DNA from: Octopus vulgaris
Taxonomy: Eukaryota
DNA length: 64,000 nt
Reading direction: 5' to 3'
Assembly: GCA_951406725.2 (NCBI GenBank)
Contig: OX597832.1
Span: 13,826,001-13,890,000, forward strand
Shown here: in pieces, positions 1 through 13,500 of the stretch
How positions within the stretch are numbered: position 1 is the first letter of the stretch
How the letters are laid out: every line of letters starts with the position of its first letter
Position numbers and translations under genes: made by a program
The notes under the pieces: generated by a model
What the model saw: only the letters and a program-made list of their open reading frames with translations
Databases searched by the model: none
What the model was told of the DNA's origin: nothing

Positions 1-424
1 ACGGGAGACTGGTGAAATATGACTCCTTTCAAACGTTAAGTTCTCTGTAAGATGTGCGTGGTGATTTGTTAGTTATATTGAATGTCTGATGGTTTGGATA
101 TGAAAATCGAATTTATCAAGTCGCAGTTACTATCTACATAATATGGAGTGTCAAAACAACCTCTCACTATCTATTATGACATATGTACTCCAGGTGGAAA
201 GTAACTGAAAACATTAGAAAATTTTGAAATATCGTTTTATCAGGTAGCTAACGCTCTTAGATTCATCCTGCATTCATAAAATTTCGTACATTAATATACA
301 TACATACACATACATATGCACAGGCCTATATATTCGGTCTTATATTATACGACACCATATATACTAATTTATCTTATAATACTTTTTCGCTATGTATTTC
401 TGCTCCAGATTTCGGCTCATATTT

Positions 425-429
425 ATATA

Positions 430-520
<91 letters not shown>
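425..520. repeat. (TA)n microsatellite
   Basis: Near-perfect TA dinucleotide run. Confidence 0.95.
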
Positions 521-523
<3 letters not shown>

Positions 524-1304
524 TGTTTAACTGAAAGGACGCTTTTGTTTACCCCGGTGTATACATGAAATTCTTCATTTTTTTCTAAAACACCCACAGG
601 AATATAAACAATAATAAAATATTAATGTCTGAGGGTTAAATTTAACAAAAAAAAAATTCTTTATTTTATAATTTTAGATTTTTCACTTTTGATATATCTG
701 TGTGTTTATGTCTGTATCCATACACGAACAAACACGCACACATGTGTAAGTATGTCTGTCTGTATGTAATTATTGACTCATTATTATTCTAACTGCAATG
801 TTCAAAATATAATACTACTTCCTTACAATTTAGTCAACTTATGTTTTACAATTTTATCCATATACTCGCAATTTATTCCATACACGCAAATTATTTATTT
901 ATTTTCGTTTTCATCGTACTTCTCCTTTCTTTCTTTTTCTGTCTGCATAATTTATTTCGCGCCACATCTTTCCTATATTTTCCTCTCAACGCTGTTTTCC
1001 AACAGCGATTGTTTATGTTAATTAGTGAAAACTAAGTATTTTTTTTTTCTGCACACAATCATAAAATATTATGTTATCGAAATTTTTTTGTCTTATATAT
1101 ATATTATATGACTGTATTCTATTGACGGCCGTAGCTGGAAGGTCAGTAATTCAGAATAATGATTGTGATATTTTGAGATTACAGAAGAAAAAAAAATATG
1201 ATCTTCAGTGACAGGAACAAACAAGTGTCGAGTTCGCTCTTATAAGCATCAGCATAACTACACCTACCAACACTGCATCTACTTTAATAAAACAACTATC
1301 ACAA

Positions 1305-1582
1305 CAGCCTCCACCACCACCACCACTACCACCACTACCACCACTACTACAATAGCAAGAACACGCAAAAATCATCATCGTATTTCTGTCGCTAACATCC
1401 ATCGCCTACTCATCATCGTTATCGCACTTCTCCTCCGACTCCCTTCCTCCTCCTCCTCCTCCCCTCCTCCTCCCCCACCTCCCCTCCTCTCCCACCACCT
1501 CCCCTCCTCCTCCTACACCTCCTCCTCCCCACCACCTCCTCCTCCCCACCACCTCCTCCTCCCCACCACCTCCTCCTCCCCA
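1305..1582. repeat. (CAC)n and (CCT)n low-complexity tracts
   Basis: CAC/CTA run at about 1310-1350 and CCT/CCA run at about 1430-1580. Confidence 0.85.
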
Positions 1583-1775
1583 GTTCAGAGTGGCGCACAC
1601 AGTGACCAGGTAGTTGTAGCCGTCTTTGCCTGACCTTTTCGCTTACTTCCAGTCGGATTCCCTGAAGGCGTTCATTTGTCATGTATTGTTGTCGTATTAA
1701 GTTTAGGGTCATTCATATCATGGTAATTTCTTTGTCAGGGTCCATGTTTCATTGCCATATAACAACACAGATTGC
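1583..1775 (-). mobile_element. RTE-clade LINE fragment (post-RT region)
   Basis: Minus-strand translation gives QSVLLYGNETWTLTKK...VSEKVRQRRLQLPGHCVRH, matching the RTE motifs ESVLLYG.ETW and RRL..AGH..R. Confidence 0.75.
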
Positions 1776-2175
1776 AATGACCTGGGAGAATACTAGAGCT
1801 CATGTGATCTAATCTGATGGAGAAACGAAATTCTTTAAAATGCTAGATGGGGTGCAAGAAAGAGATACGCTTGCACCTTACATCTTTGTAATTGTATTGG
1901 ATAATGCAATGTGGTAGGCTATAGACAACAATGACGAAGACATTGGTTTCAACATAGACCGATAAAAATCGCGTAAAGTACTAACAGTGACCTGAACGTC
2001 GCAGATGATATAGCACACATATCTAAAGAAATAGATCAAGCTCAACATTTGCTCAGCAGTGTAGATACATCAGCTGCGAAAACAGAGCTGCGCGTCAAGT
2101 AAACGGAACACATGTCTTTCAACCAATCAAGTGATACTGAACTGTTTGCTTCGAGCAGTTCCAAATTGAATGAGC
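1771..2175 (+). mobile_element. RTE-clade LINE fragment (reverse transcriptase core), degenerate
   Basis: Plus-strand translation gives ENTRAHVI*SDGETKFFKMLDGVQERDTLAPYIFVIVLD...ADDIAHIS...AQHLLSSVDTSAAKTEL, matching the RT motifs GV.QGD.LAP.LF and ADD. Confidence 0.8.
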
Positions 2176-2254
2176 AGTTTAGAAGCAGACCAGAACCACC
2201 ACCAGAACCTCTTGATTAATGTTCGAGTGGGTACGTCGCCGTTCTGTTAAAGAA

Positions 2255-2360
2255 AGTGACAAGGTAAGTACCAGGCGTAAGCAAAAAGTACTTGAGTCGA
2301 TTTATTCGACTAAAGATTGAAGGCACTGCCCCAGCAAGGACCCAGCCTAATGTAAAATAA
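2255..2360 (+). mobile_element. SINE family A, 3' fragment
   Basis: aagtacttgagtcgatttattcgac...aaggcactgccccagca, a diverged copy of the SINE tail shared with the CR1 LINE. Confidence 0.5.
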
Positions 2361-2394
2361 AATATGCGCGTGTGCACCAGTGTGGGATGAAAAT

Positions 2395-3260
2395 TTCATA
2401 GTCTGACCAAGATTCTCTCATGAAATGTGACCAGGTAAGTTTTAGTTTTCAACACAGTCCCCTTGCGATCCATAAAATTCTTCCATTGGTATGGTTTCAA
2501 CAGCAGACATGACATCATCATCACTGCGGCCGATTCGGGAGAAAAGGGTGAATGACCTACACGTTCAAAGCCACAGTCATGAACATTGTAACGAAGGACT
2601 TGTACACTGAAACTTTGTCCTCTTGAAAAAAACAAGTGACAACATTTTAGGTAACCTTCTCAGAAAATTGGCATATTACTCAACATTAATGGTGTAACTC
2701 TCTTGTAGATGGTCAATGAACGCAATGCTATTTGCGTCATCAAAACCTGAGACCATCATCTTTCCTCCCAATGGTACGACGGTGACCTCGTTCGGAACAG
2801 GTGAGGAGGGTTGTTTAGACTGTCTGGATTGTTTCTTTGTCTCTTGTTGAAGTGATAAATCCAACGGTCATCATGAATTTGGATACGTTCAACGAAATAA
2901 ACTAGAACTGCCTCAAAAAATGTCAGATTCCCTTTTGGTACAATCAGCCTGGTGGTAACCCCAACGTAGAATCATTTCAGGCTAAGTTCATTATACAGAA
3001 TATTCTGAATGTTCACACGTCATATACTAATACCGTTAGCTGTTTCATTTATAGTCCTGTATCAGATTGTGGTGAGCATGAACAATGTTTTCTCCGTGGT
3101 GGAAGATGCAGGACGACAATGGTTAGGGTTAGAGTCAGGCTCAACGTCAAACCTCTCCATTCTTCTACAAAATCTAGCTGCCCACTTTTAAACTTTAGAT
3201 AGTGCTGGAGAGTCATACACTCATGTCTTAACGATGTCCACATGAATGTCCATGGGAGGC
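2395..3260 (-). mobile_element. Degenerate mariner transposase remnant
   Basis: Minus-strand pieces ETKKQSRQSKQPSSPVP...GKMMVSGFDD.NSIAFIDHLQESYTIN.E*YANFL and VHDCGFERVGHSPFSP (the HPPYSP motif); many stops and frameshifts. Confidence 0.75.
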
Positions 3261-3299
3261 TCAATCCTTCCTATGCAAGTATTTGATTACACCAGAATG

Positions 3300-3635
<336 letters not shown>

Positions 3636-4231
3636 GTTTATAACTTGTTTCTGTGTGCATTGCTTATAACGAAAGTATGTATTCCAACATTTATGTTTTC
3701 ATATGAAGAAAAAAAAAAAAATGGCAACTAATTAACACGTCTAAACTATCGAAATGTCTGCATTTCGCTGATTTCCAATATTGCATAATTTCTGCATTGT
3801 AGAATTTAATAAAACTTTTTCATATTATTTATTACTTGATTCTTCGAGCAGACAATTTGGCTGATTTATGATTTTATATATTTCTTTCGCTTTGATTATA
3901 CGTCTATTGAATCTACTGTATTATTGCAACACATATCGTTTATCAAGAGCACACACTTGCTTAAATACTGAGACAAACCATTAACAGCTTTGCAGAAAGC
4001 ATTTTAAAAAAAATATTTTAGTTTATGCTGTCTTTTAAAGCACTATATTCAAATGATTTATTTTTGTTCTTTATTTTGTTTGTTGTGACACATAACAGCA
4101 TATAGTAATTTCGCTAAAATTAGACAATTAATCGTTAAACAAATAATGATTTGTTACTTTGGCGCAGGACCAGAGGTTTTGAAAGGCAGGCGTCAGTGGA
4201 TATCACCATCACTAGCACTTCACTTGCATAC

Positions 4232-4791
4232 TATTGGGTTGTCCGGAAAGTTCGTTCCGATTTTTAAAGGAAAGAAGAAGGTCAATAAATACTCGCCTTT
4301 ACCAGGCACGACGGATTTTGATAGGTTGAGGCTTTCTGCCAATTCTCGGGTTGCGAAATGTGGGTTATTCTTACTAAATGACTTGATTTGGACATCATCT
4401 GTAGTGGATGGTCTGCCTGGTCGTTCTTTATTACTAAGGCTACAATCTCAGCTCGGAACCTTGCGAACCACTTGCGTATAGTCCATTCGGATATAAGAAA
4501 TATCACCGTAAACTGAGCATATTTCTTTGGTTGCTTGTGGGGCATTTTTCCCTTTACGGAAAAAGAAAAGCATGAAGTGCTGAAAATTAACTTTCTTATC
4601 TTCCAGTTTAAAGAGTTACAAAATTAACACAGGTTATAGGAACATAAATCTTCTTCCACGAAAATATAGCGTAAATTGTGCTCCTAATGGAAGTGTAGTC
4701 AAATCCTATTTTATGGACTCAAAAATGTTCTAACATAAGTCAAAATATAAGCTACTATAAATCGGAAAGAACTTTCCGATCAAAACCAATA
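4232..4791 (-). mobile_element. Internally deleted mariner (MITE-like), about 560 bp
   Basis: TIRs tattgggttgtccggaaagttcgttccgattt (4232) and aaatcggaaagaactttccgatcaaaaccaata (to 4791); minus-strand N-terminal HTH remnant TIRKWFARFR...ERPGRPSTTDD. Confidence 0.8.
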
Positions 4792-6774
4792 TATTATGGA
4801 CCCCGATTAGATCAAATGCAAATTTGATCTCGGCACGATTTGAAGGCAGTCATCTGCCAAATAGTGTCTGTATTAAACTGTTTTAAACATTATTAAATAC
4901 ATGTAATTTCTATTAAACTTGGTGTATTTTGTCTGTTTCCGCTTTGTGCATTCCAGTCTGGAAAAATTAATTAAAATATATGAAATATAAGAAAATAATC
5001 TGAGATTAATTGAACAAAATGCTATTTTCAGTAACTGTATTTTTAAAAAGGTTAGGGGCATTTAAATTTTTCTTGCGTCATGAACATCTATCATGTATAA
5101 CATTAGTGCTATACTAAATGTGCTAATTACTTGTAGAATTTCATTTATAATTAACTGTAGTCATAATTTTGCACATTTAGTTGATGCATCAATCTGCTGT
5201 AAGTAGATAGAGTACATTATTATCCAGTAATTATTCGAAACATTATTATTGAGCTTTAAAATGCAAGTTCAAATACATGGATAGGTCTCGAAGGATAAGT
5301 TATTACAAGTTTGCGTGCTATATGCATATTTCTATAGCGTATGTATTAAATAGTTATATAATGATGAAAAATCTAATGGGAATAATATATCCAATAATAA
5401 TATATTCAGTTTATTATCTTCATAAACTGACTAACATTATTTCTATCACGTATAATTAGACGAAAACATTAATAAAAGTAGAGTGATTAGTTCTTTCAAA
5501 TAAAGCAAAATATCGCTTTCATATAACACTAACACGAATATATTTGTATATTGCTGTGAAGTGGTTAATTTGCTTTCAACTACGAAACACTCATCATAGA
5601 ACAATTTATATTTTTGTTTTAGAAAATTTGGATGAACATACTTCAGTCGACCTAGTTATTTGTTATGCATCGAAAGCTGTTATGTAATAAGCAGCGACTA
5701 ACACATTTGATTTCGCTTCTCATGTACCATTAGATATATTTTGTTTGGCAGAATGAAAATCCAGAATGGAGGGTTAATTTTTTTTAATTTAGAAAAAAGA
5801 AGAAAAACCTCAAATGTTCGTAAATATTTTTCACAATCTTTGCTAATTCCCACAATATAATGATCTTCAATTAAATGGACTAAGTGACACAATTGTTTCG
5901 GAGGAGTACTCTAATAAACTTTAAATATATATTAAGCAAACAACTATTCCTCGCTTGTTGACTTTACGTGACTTACAAATTTCAGAGTAGCAATACAAAT
6001 TAATGAATCAAGACATGGTCTACTAGGAAAGTAAGAACTTCTCAAGAATTTCTAAATCCAAGAGGATTCAACGAAGTAAAGGGAAAATATATGGATATCA
6101 TTATTATTATAATAATGATAAAATAACAAACAGGAAATAAATAGAAGCATAATTTTTCATGTTTAACACCCAGCGTTCGTAACAGAATATGATGTTTGGC
6201 TTACCAGCGTAAACATATATATTTCTATAAGAAAAATCTGATATGATAACGAGTTTTATAGACAGACAGGCAGACGTTAAGATTCCGATACGCAATGATT
6301 TATTTGGCGATGTTAGCTTAAGCGGGCATGTGTTTTTCTTGAGATACATCAATGCGGGTTATTTTGGCTGAATCAAGAAGAAACACTTTCATGATAAACT
6401 AGGAGCCAAAATAGATGATTGATAACATTTGTAAACTTTACGGAAAGATAACAAACTTTGTCCTTTGATTTCTAGTCGCCTACACCATCATATTTTCTCT
6501 AACACATAGTCATATATTTATTGCTCTAAAGCCAACCGTATCGTTCGATTGGAAGTTAATCAGAGAGTGGTATCGGCTGAACAAGCAACATAGCATATAA
6601 GCATACACATACAGGCATGCACACACATAGAAAATATGCACATAAATTACATACATACATGCATACATACATATATGTATATATATATGTATATGGGTGT
6701 ATATATATATGTATATATGTGTATGTATGTATATATATATATATATATTTATATATGTATATGTGTGTATGTAT

Positions 6775-7258
6775 GTATGGCTTGGCTTCGCGAACGAAAA
6801 TCAGGAAGGTTGTCCATGTCGCGTGCATGCACGCTCATGACTGACAAGTCCAATATGGGAAAGGCAGGTCTGTGAGCAGTGTCCACAGACGAAAGTAACA
6901 TCCGCTGTGGTGTCAGAGGCGGCTCGCACATTCCTCCTGCGTCTCTTGTCTTTAAGCGAATCTCTTGTATTTAAGCGCGTCTCTTCTTTGTTCTTCAAAC
7001 TTGCTGACTGCTTTGAAGATCGTGTGGCGCCAGACATCACGGTCCGCAGCCAGGTCTGACCAGCATTGGTGGTTTATATGACATGCTGTTAGAGACATCT
7101 TGAAGCAGTCTTTGTAGCCCTTCCTCGGAGCTCCTCTCACTCGGTGGCGGGTGGAGAGTTCGCCAAACGGCAATCTTTGGAAGGCGATGATTCTCCATTC
7201 TGGAGATATGCCCTGCCCATCGGCGGTGAAGCCACGCTACTGAAGTACCACCTCCGAT
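6775..7258 (-). mobile_element. RTE (BovB-like) LINE, 3' fragment
   Basis: [16 protein letters not shown]...[19 protein letters not shown]...[10 protein letters not shown], with a terminal C2H2-like [21 protein letters not shown]; tail runs into (CATA)n. Confidence 0.85.
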
Positions 7259-7275
7259 GTGTGTATGTATATACA

Positions 7276-7610
<335 letters not shown>

Positions 7611-7612
7611 AG

Positions 7613-7775
7613 TATAGGGGCAAGAGTGACTGTGTGGAAAGTAGCTTGATTACCAACTACATGATCCCAGGTTCAGTCCAACTGCCTGACACCTTGGGCA
7701 AGTCTTCTACTAAAGCCTCCGGCCGACCGAAGTTTTCCTCAGTAGATTTGGTAAACGGGAAATGAACAATCCCAT
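7613..7775 (+). mobile_element. tRNA-derived SINE family A, 5' part (diverged)
   Basis: A-box-like tgtgtgg..agtag and B-box-like ggttcagtcc; homologous to 48901-49090. Confidence 0.75.
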
Positions 7776-8029
7776 TATATATGTGTATGGATCAGTGTGA
7801 GTGCGCATTCACATATGTATGTATTTGTGTGTATATATACATACATGCATAAATACTTATGTGTATGCGCACGTACCCTAAACCACACATATGCGCGCAA
7901 ACAAACAAAAGGAACGGAGATCGGATAACGGACAGTCATCGGATATTGTGCGGATTCGAGGCGGGTCATCTTCCAGTGCATACACATATCAATGTGTGTA
8001 TATATATATATGCATGCATATATACGTTA

Positions 8030-8076
<47 letters not shown>

Positions 8077-8117
8077 TATATATACATAAATATATATATA
8101 TATATATATACTTTGAT

Positions 8118-8224
8118 ACTTTGATAGGTTTCGGCCATTATTGGCCCAGGCCATGTCTAACTTAATAGCACCACCTGGTGAAGTCTTTCAAGTCAGAATT
8201 TGGGCACTATGGCCCACTCAAGTG

Positions 8225-8226
<2 letters not shown>
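8118..8226 (-). mobile_element. 3' terminal fragment of a CR1-group LINE
   Basis: The reverse complement (ccaggtggtgctattaagttagacatggcctgggccaa) matches the 3' end of the CR1 fragment at 21250-21300. Confidence 0.6.
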
Positions 8227-8287
<61 letters not shown>

Positions 8288-8289
<2 letters not shown>

Positions 8290-8908
8290 GAAATATTAAA
8301 ATTACTAAGTCTCTCTAAAAGAGAACAACGGCAGCGTTCCCGGAAAATATTAGTTATCGCCATACTAATATGGCATTCTTATAAAAATAAGAATAAAGCT
8401 GTCCGCTTATTAGCTCCATGAGGCCATCGCCTTAAGTTAGCTATTTGATACACAAACTGTATCCATATAACCTTTGAACATGGAGCTAATAAGCGGACAG
8501 CTTTATTCTTATTTTTATAAGAATGCCATATTAGTATGGCGATAACTAATATTTTCCGGGAACGCTGCCGTTGTTCTCTTTTAGAGAGACTTAGTAATTG
8601 TAATATTTCTAATATTGAAAACAAGTGGATGTATTCCACCGAAGCTAGGTAAATAAAACCTTTGAACAGAGATTGTCAGAAGCGACACCTACTGGTCTGG
8701 CTACGCTGCATTGAAAAGGGGCAATACCCCGAAACGCGTCTGTAGCTGGCGGCCAAGTAGTGTGGAGCGACTGACCTCCCTTGTTCAAAGGTTATATGGA
8801 TACAGTTTGTGTATCAAATAGCTAACTTAAGGCGATGGCCTCATGGAGCTAATAAGCGGACAGCTTTATTCTTATTTTTATAAGAATGCCATATTAGTAT
8901 GGCGATAA

Positions 8909-8915
<7 letters not shown>
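8288..8915 (+). mobile_element. Retrozyme-like / non-autonomous Penelope-like element (363-bp unit, partial tandem copy, inverted copy)
   Basis: 8842-8915 directly repeats 8479-8552 (period 363). 8288-8420 is the reverse complement of 8479-8611 (1 mismatch) and 8347-8480 of 8782-8915. Contains a hammerhead, has no coding capacity and is flanked by (TA)n. Confidence 0.75.
8705..8746 (+). ncRNA. Type I hammerhead ribozyme, U3-A8 core variant
   Basis: Stem I GCTGCA/TGTAGC; core TTGAAAA; stem II GGGG-CAATA-CCCC; GAAA; palindromic stem III ACGCGT; GUC cleavage triplet, predicted cut after 8740. Confidence 0.8.
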
Positions 8916-10320
<1,405 letters not shown>

Positions 10321-10502
10321 TGATTGATTGATTGATTGATTGATTGATTCCATCCCAGCCTATGAGCTGTGGCCATGCTGGGGCACCGCCATTTGGTGTT
10401 GCTACTTGGTTTTACTTCATGGGGGCTTTCTAGCAACTGCTATTTGGTGCATGAGAGATCGATGCAGCTGCCCTCATCTGCCCCTCCTGCCGTGAAGTTG
10501 GT

Positions 10503-13500
10503 TCATCTGGGACACCATGACAGGAAGAGATCCAGCTTCATTTTAAAGACATCTGTATCCACCCCATGCAGGTCTCTCAGGTTCTTCGGGAGGATATTGA
10601 AGAGCTGTGGGCCTCGGAAGCCCAGGCTATCACAGAATCTTGTCCTACATCTTGATGGCAGGTTTGGAGTCCTAGGCACCACGCAGTGGCGCCCAGTTCT
10701 GGCATTTGTGTAACTCTCGATGCCAAAGTTCAGGACACTTCCCTCCAGGATCTTCCAGATGTATATTATGGCATATCTTTCCCGCCTACGCTCCAGGGAG
10801 TATAATTTTAATCTCTTGAGTCTTTCCCAGTAGCTTACATTCTGCATAGAGGCTATCTTCTTTGTGTAGCTTCGTTGGATCGCCTCAAGTTCTGTGATCA
10901 ACTTGACACTGGATGGTGACCACAGCTGAGAGCAATAGTCAAAGTGGCCCAGGACAAGCGTCTTCCAGAGGACCATCATGGTTTCTTGTTCTCTTGTTCT
11001 AAAGGTTCTAAGAATCCAGCCAGCCAGCCGTCTACATTTCACTGTCAGTTTAGCAACATGTACATGAAAGGTCGCGTCATCACTCATGTGAATACCCAGG
11101 TCACGCACTGATTGTGCCTCTGGGATTGCAATCCCTCCGGGTCCAGTGTATTCATTGGGTATTGCATTCAGTTTTGCATGCTGATAGTATAAAGCTTGAA
11201 ACTTTCCAGCATTGAACTGCATGCTATTCTTTTCAGCCCACTTGTATATTTCGTCCAGCTCACATTGCAGGTTTTTAGTGTCCTCAGGGTTCTGTATTGC
11301 CTGTGAAACTTTTGTATCATCTGCATAACTTGTGATCGTGGATCTCTGCGTGGCTGAGGGCATGTCTGAGAGGGCCATTATGAACAGTAGTGGTCCCAAA
11401 ACAGTGCCCTGTGGAACACCACTCATTATTTGCGTGTTAATGGAAGTGGCCCCATTGGCTACTACCACCTGACTTCTATTCTTCAGAAAGTCGTGAAGCC
11501 ATTCTCCTAGTTTTCCAACTATGCCAAGATCACGCAACCTGTGACATATCATTCCGTGATCGACTTTATCGAAGGCCTTTGCGAAGTCGAGATATATGAC
11601 TTCCACATTTGAGTGGTTGAGCAGTTGTTTCAGCACCCAGTCATAGTGCTGCAGGAGCTGAGTTAAGCAGCTTCTTCCTGGTCGGAAACCATGTTGGGTG
11701 TCAGGCAGCAAGTCATTTTCTTCAAGGAAGGTGATTAGTTTCCTTCTGACTATTCGTTCCATGACCTTGCTGATGTGTGAGGTCAGAGAGATAGGTCTGT
11801 AGTTCTTTGCCTCCGCTCTGCTACCTCCTTTATGAATAGGGCATATTTTACCTTCCTTCAGTCCCCTTGGAAGTTTGCCAGCTGCAAGGAAGCTCTTAAA
11901 GAGGGACTGCAGTGGTCTTGCTAAGACTCTCTTACATACTTTTAGGAGGATTGCCGGGAATCCATCGGGGCCAGTAGCTGAGTCTATTTTCATTTCATCT
12001 ATAGCCTTTATTACATCGTCTTCCTTTATCTCGATGTAACTTATCGTCGCCGCCTCTGATTCTATATCTGCAGTGGTAAAGAAGTCAGTTGGATTGCTGA
12101 TTTGGAAATGCCCAAGGGGTGGAGTGAAAACACTCTTGAATTGTTCATTCAGTATTTCACTTACCCTCATTGGTTTTCCTGTGAGTGTGCCATCCTTTTC
12201 AAGGAGTGGCCCTATCCTACAGTGCACTGTGGCCGTTTCTTTGGCATACCTGTAGAAAGCTCTGGGGTTAGTTTTTATGTTGTCTATAGCCCAGGCTTCT
12301 TTGTCTGCTCTTTCCTTCTCATGGGAAAGTTGCAGACAATTTTCAATTTCCAACAGTTTTATTTTCAGGCGGGACTTTTCACTACTTTCAATTTGTTTGT
12401 TTAGGCGATTTGAAATTTTTGTACGCCGTCTCATTAAAATTTTCCTCTCTCTGGGGATTTTGTTCTTGTGTACAGTGGCCTTTCTCTCTGGGACACATTT
12501 GTAGCATATGGCTTGCATTACAGACATGAATTGTTGAAGTATCATGTCGATGTCCGGCGAGGAGAGACATTCAGGCCAGTTTTGTTTGAGGATCTCTTTC
12601 TCAATTTGTTTCCAGTTTGCCTTATTGAAGTTCAAGCTGGAAAGATTCTGAGGGTTTCTTGTAGGCTGCATGTCCGTGCTCTCTTTTGGCCCGTACATGG
12701 TCAGCTCTACCATGTTGTGATCCGAGAGTAGTGTCGGTGTCACTTTCACATTATGGATGAGATCCATATTATTTGTGAAGCAGAGATCCAGTGTGTTACC
12801 TGCTCTGGTTGGTTGCAGTACTACTTGCTCCATGTACAGGGTGTTGGTGAGGTTCAGGAGGGACCTCGCCTGTCCACGTTCACATCTTGTCATTCCTGGG
12901 AGAGAAAGGCCCTCGGGCCATCTGACATTCGGTAGATTGAAGTCTCCCATGAGAAGTACACTTATGTGTTGTTCTAATGTGGTTAGAACTTCTTCTATTT
13001 TTAAAAGGCAGTCCTCGAACTTGCCCATATGACTTGGGGCATCTGGAGGGCGATATGTAGCACACACAACTACATCAAGTTGCCTTATGTGTACAATTAG
13101 TGTGTCACACACCGAGTTTGAGTATGACAAAAGGACCTGGGGTGTGAGGTCCCCACGGATGTACATAGCAACTCCTCCATGACTCCTTTCTTTCCTGTCG
13201 GTCCGTAGTACAACATACTGTGGTATGTGTAATTCCGCATCTGCTATGTCCGGTTTCAGATGCGTTTCTGTGAGTGCTATGCATAAGGCTTGATTGCATG
13301 CGACAAAGTCTCTCAGGAACGGGACTTTTGTCCTGTTACTGTGTGTTAGTAAACCTCTGATGTTCAGTAGGAGCATCGAGGTGAGGTGTATGCTGTTGCC
13401 GGCGTTGTCCACCCTGGGTCCATCTGCTGTGGCGGTCTTGTGAACTGTGGGCAGTTCCATCTGCGAGCCTGAGCCTGATGGAGCCAGGTTAGCTGCTGTA

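Noticed and set aside
8200-8639. Peptide [38 protein letters not shown] appearing in several ORFs
   Set aside because: A by-product of the inverted and tandem copies of the non-coding 363-bp unit; no credible start or domain.
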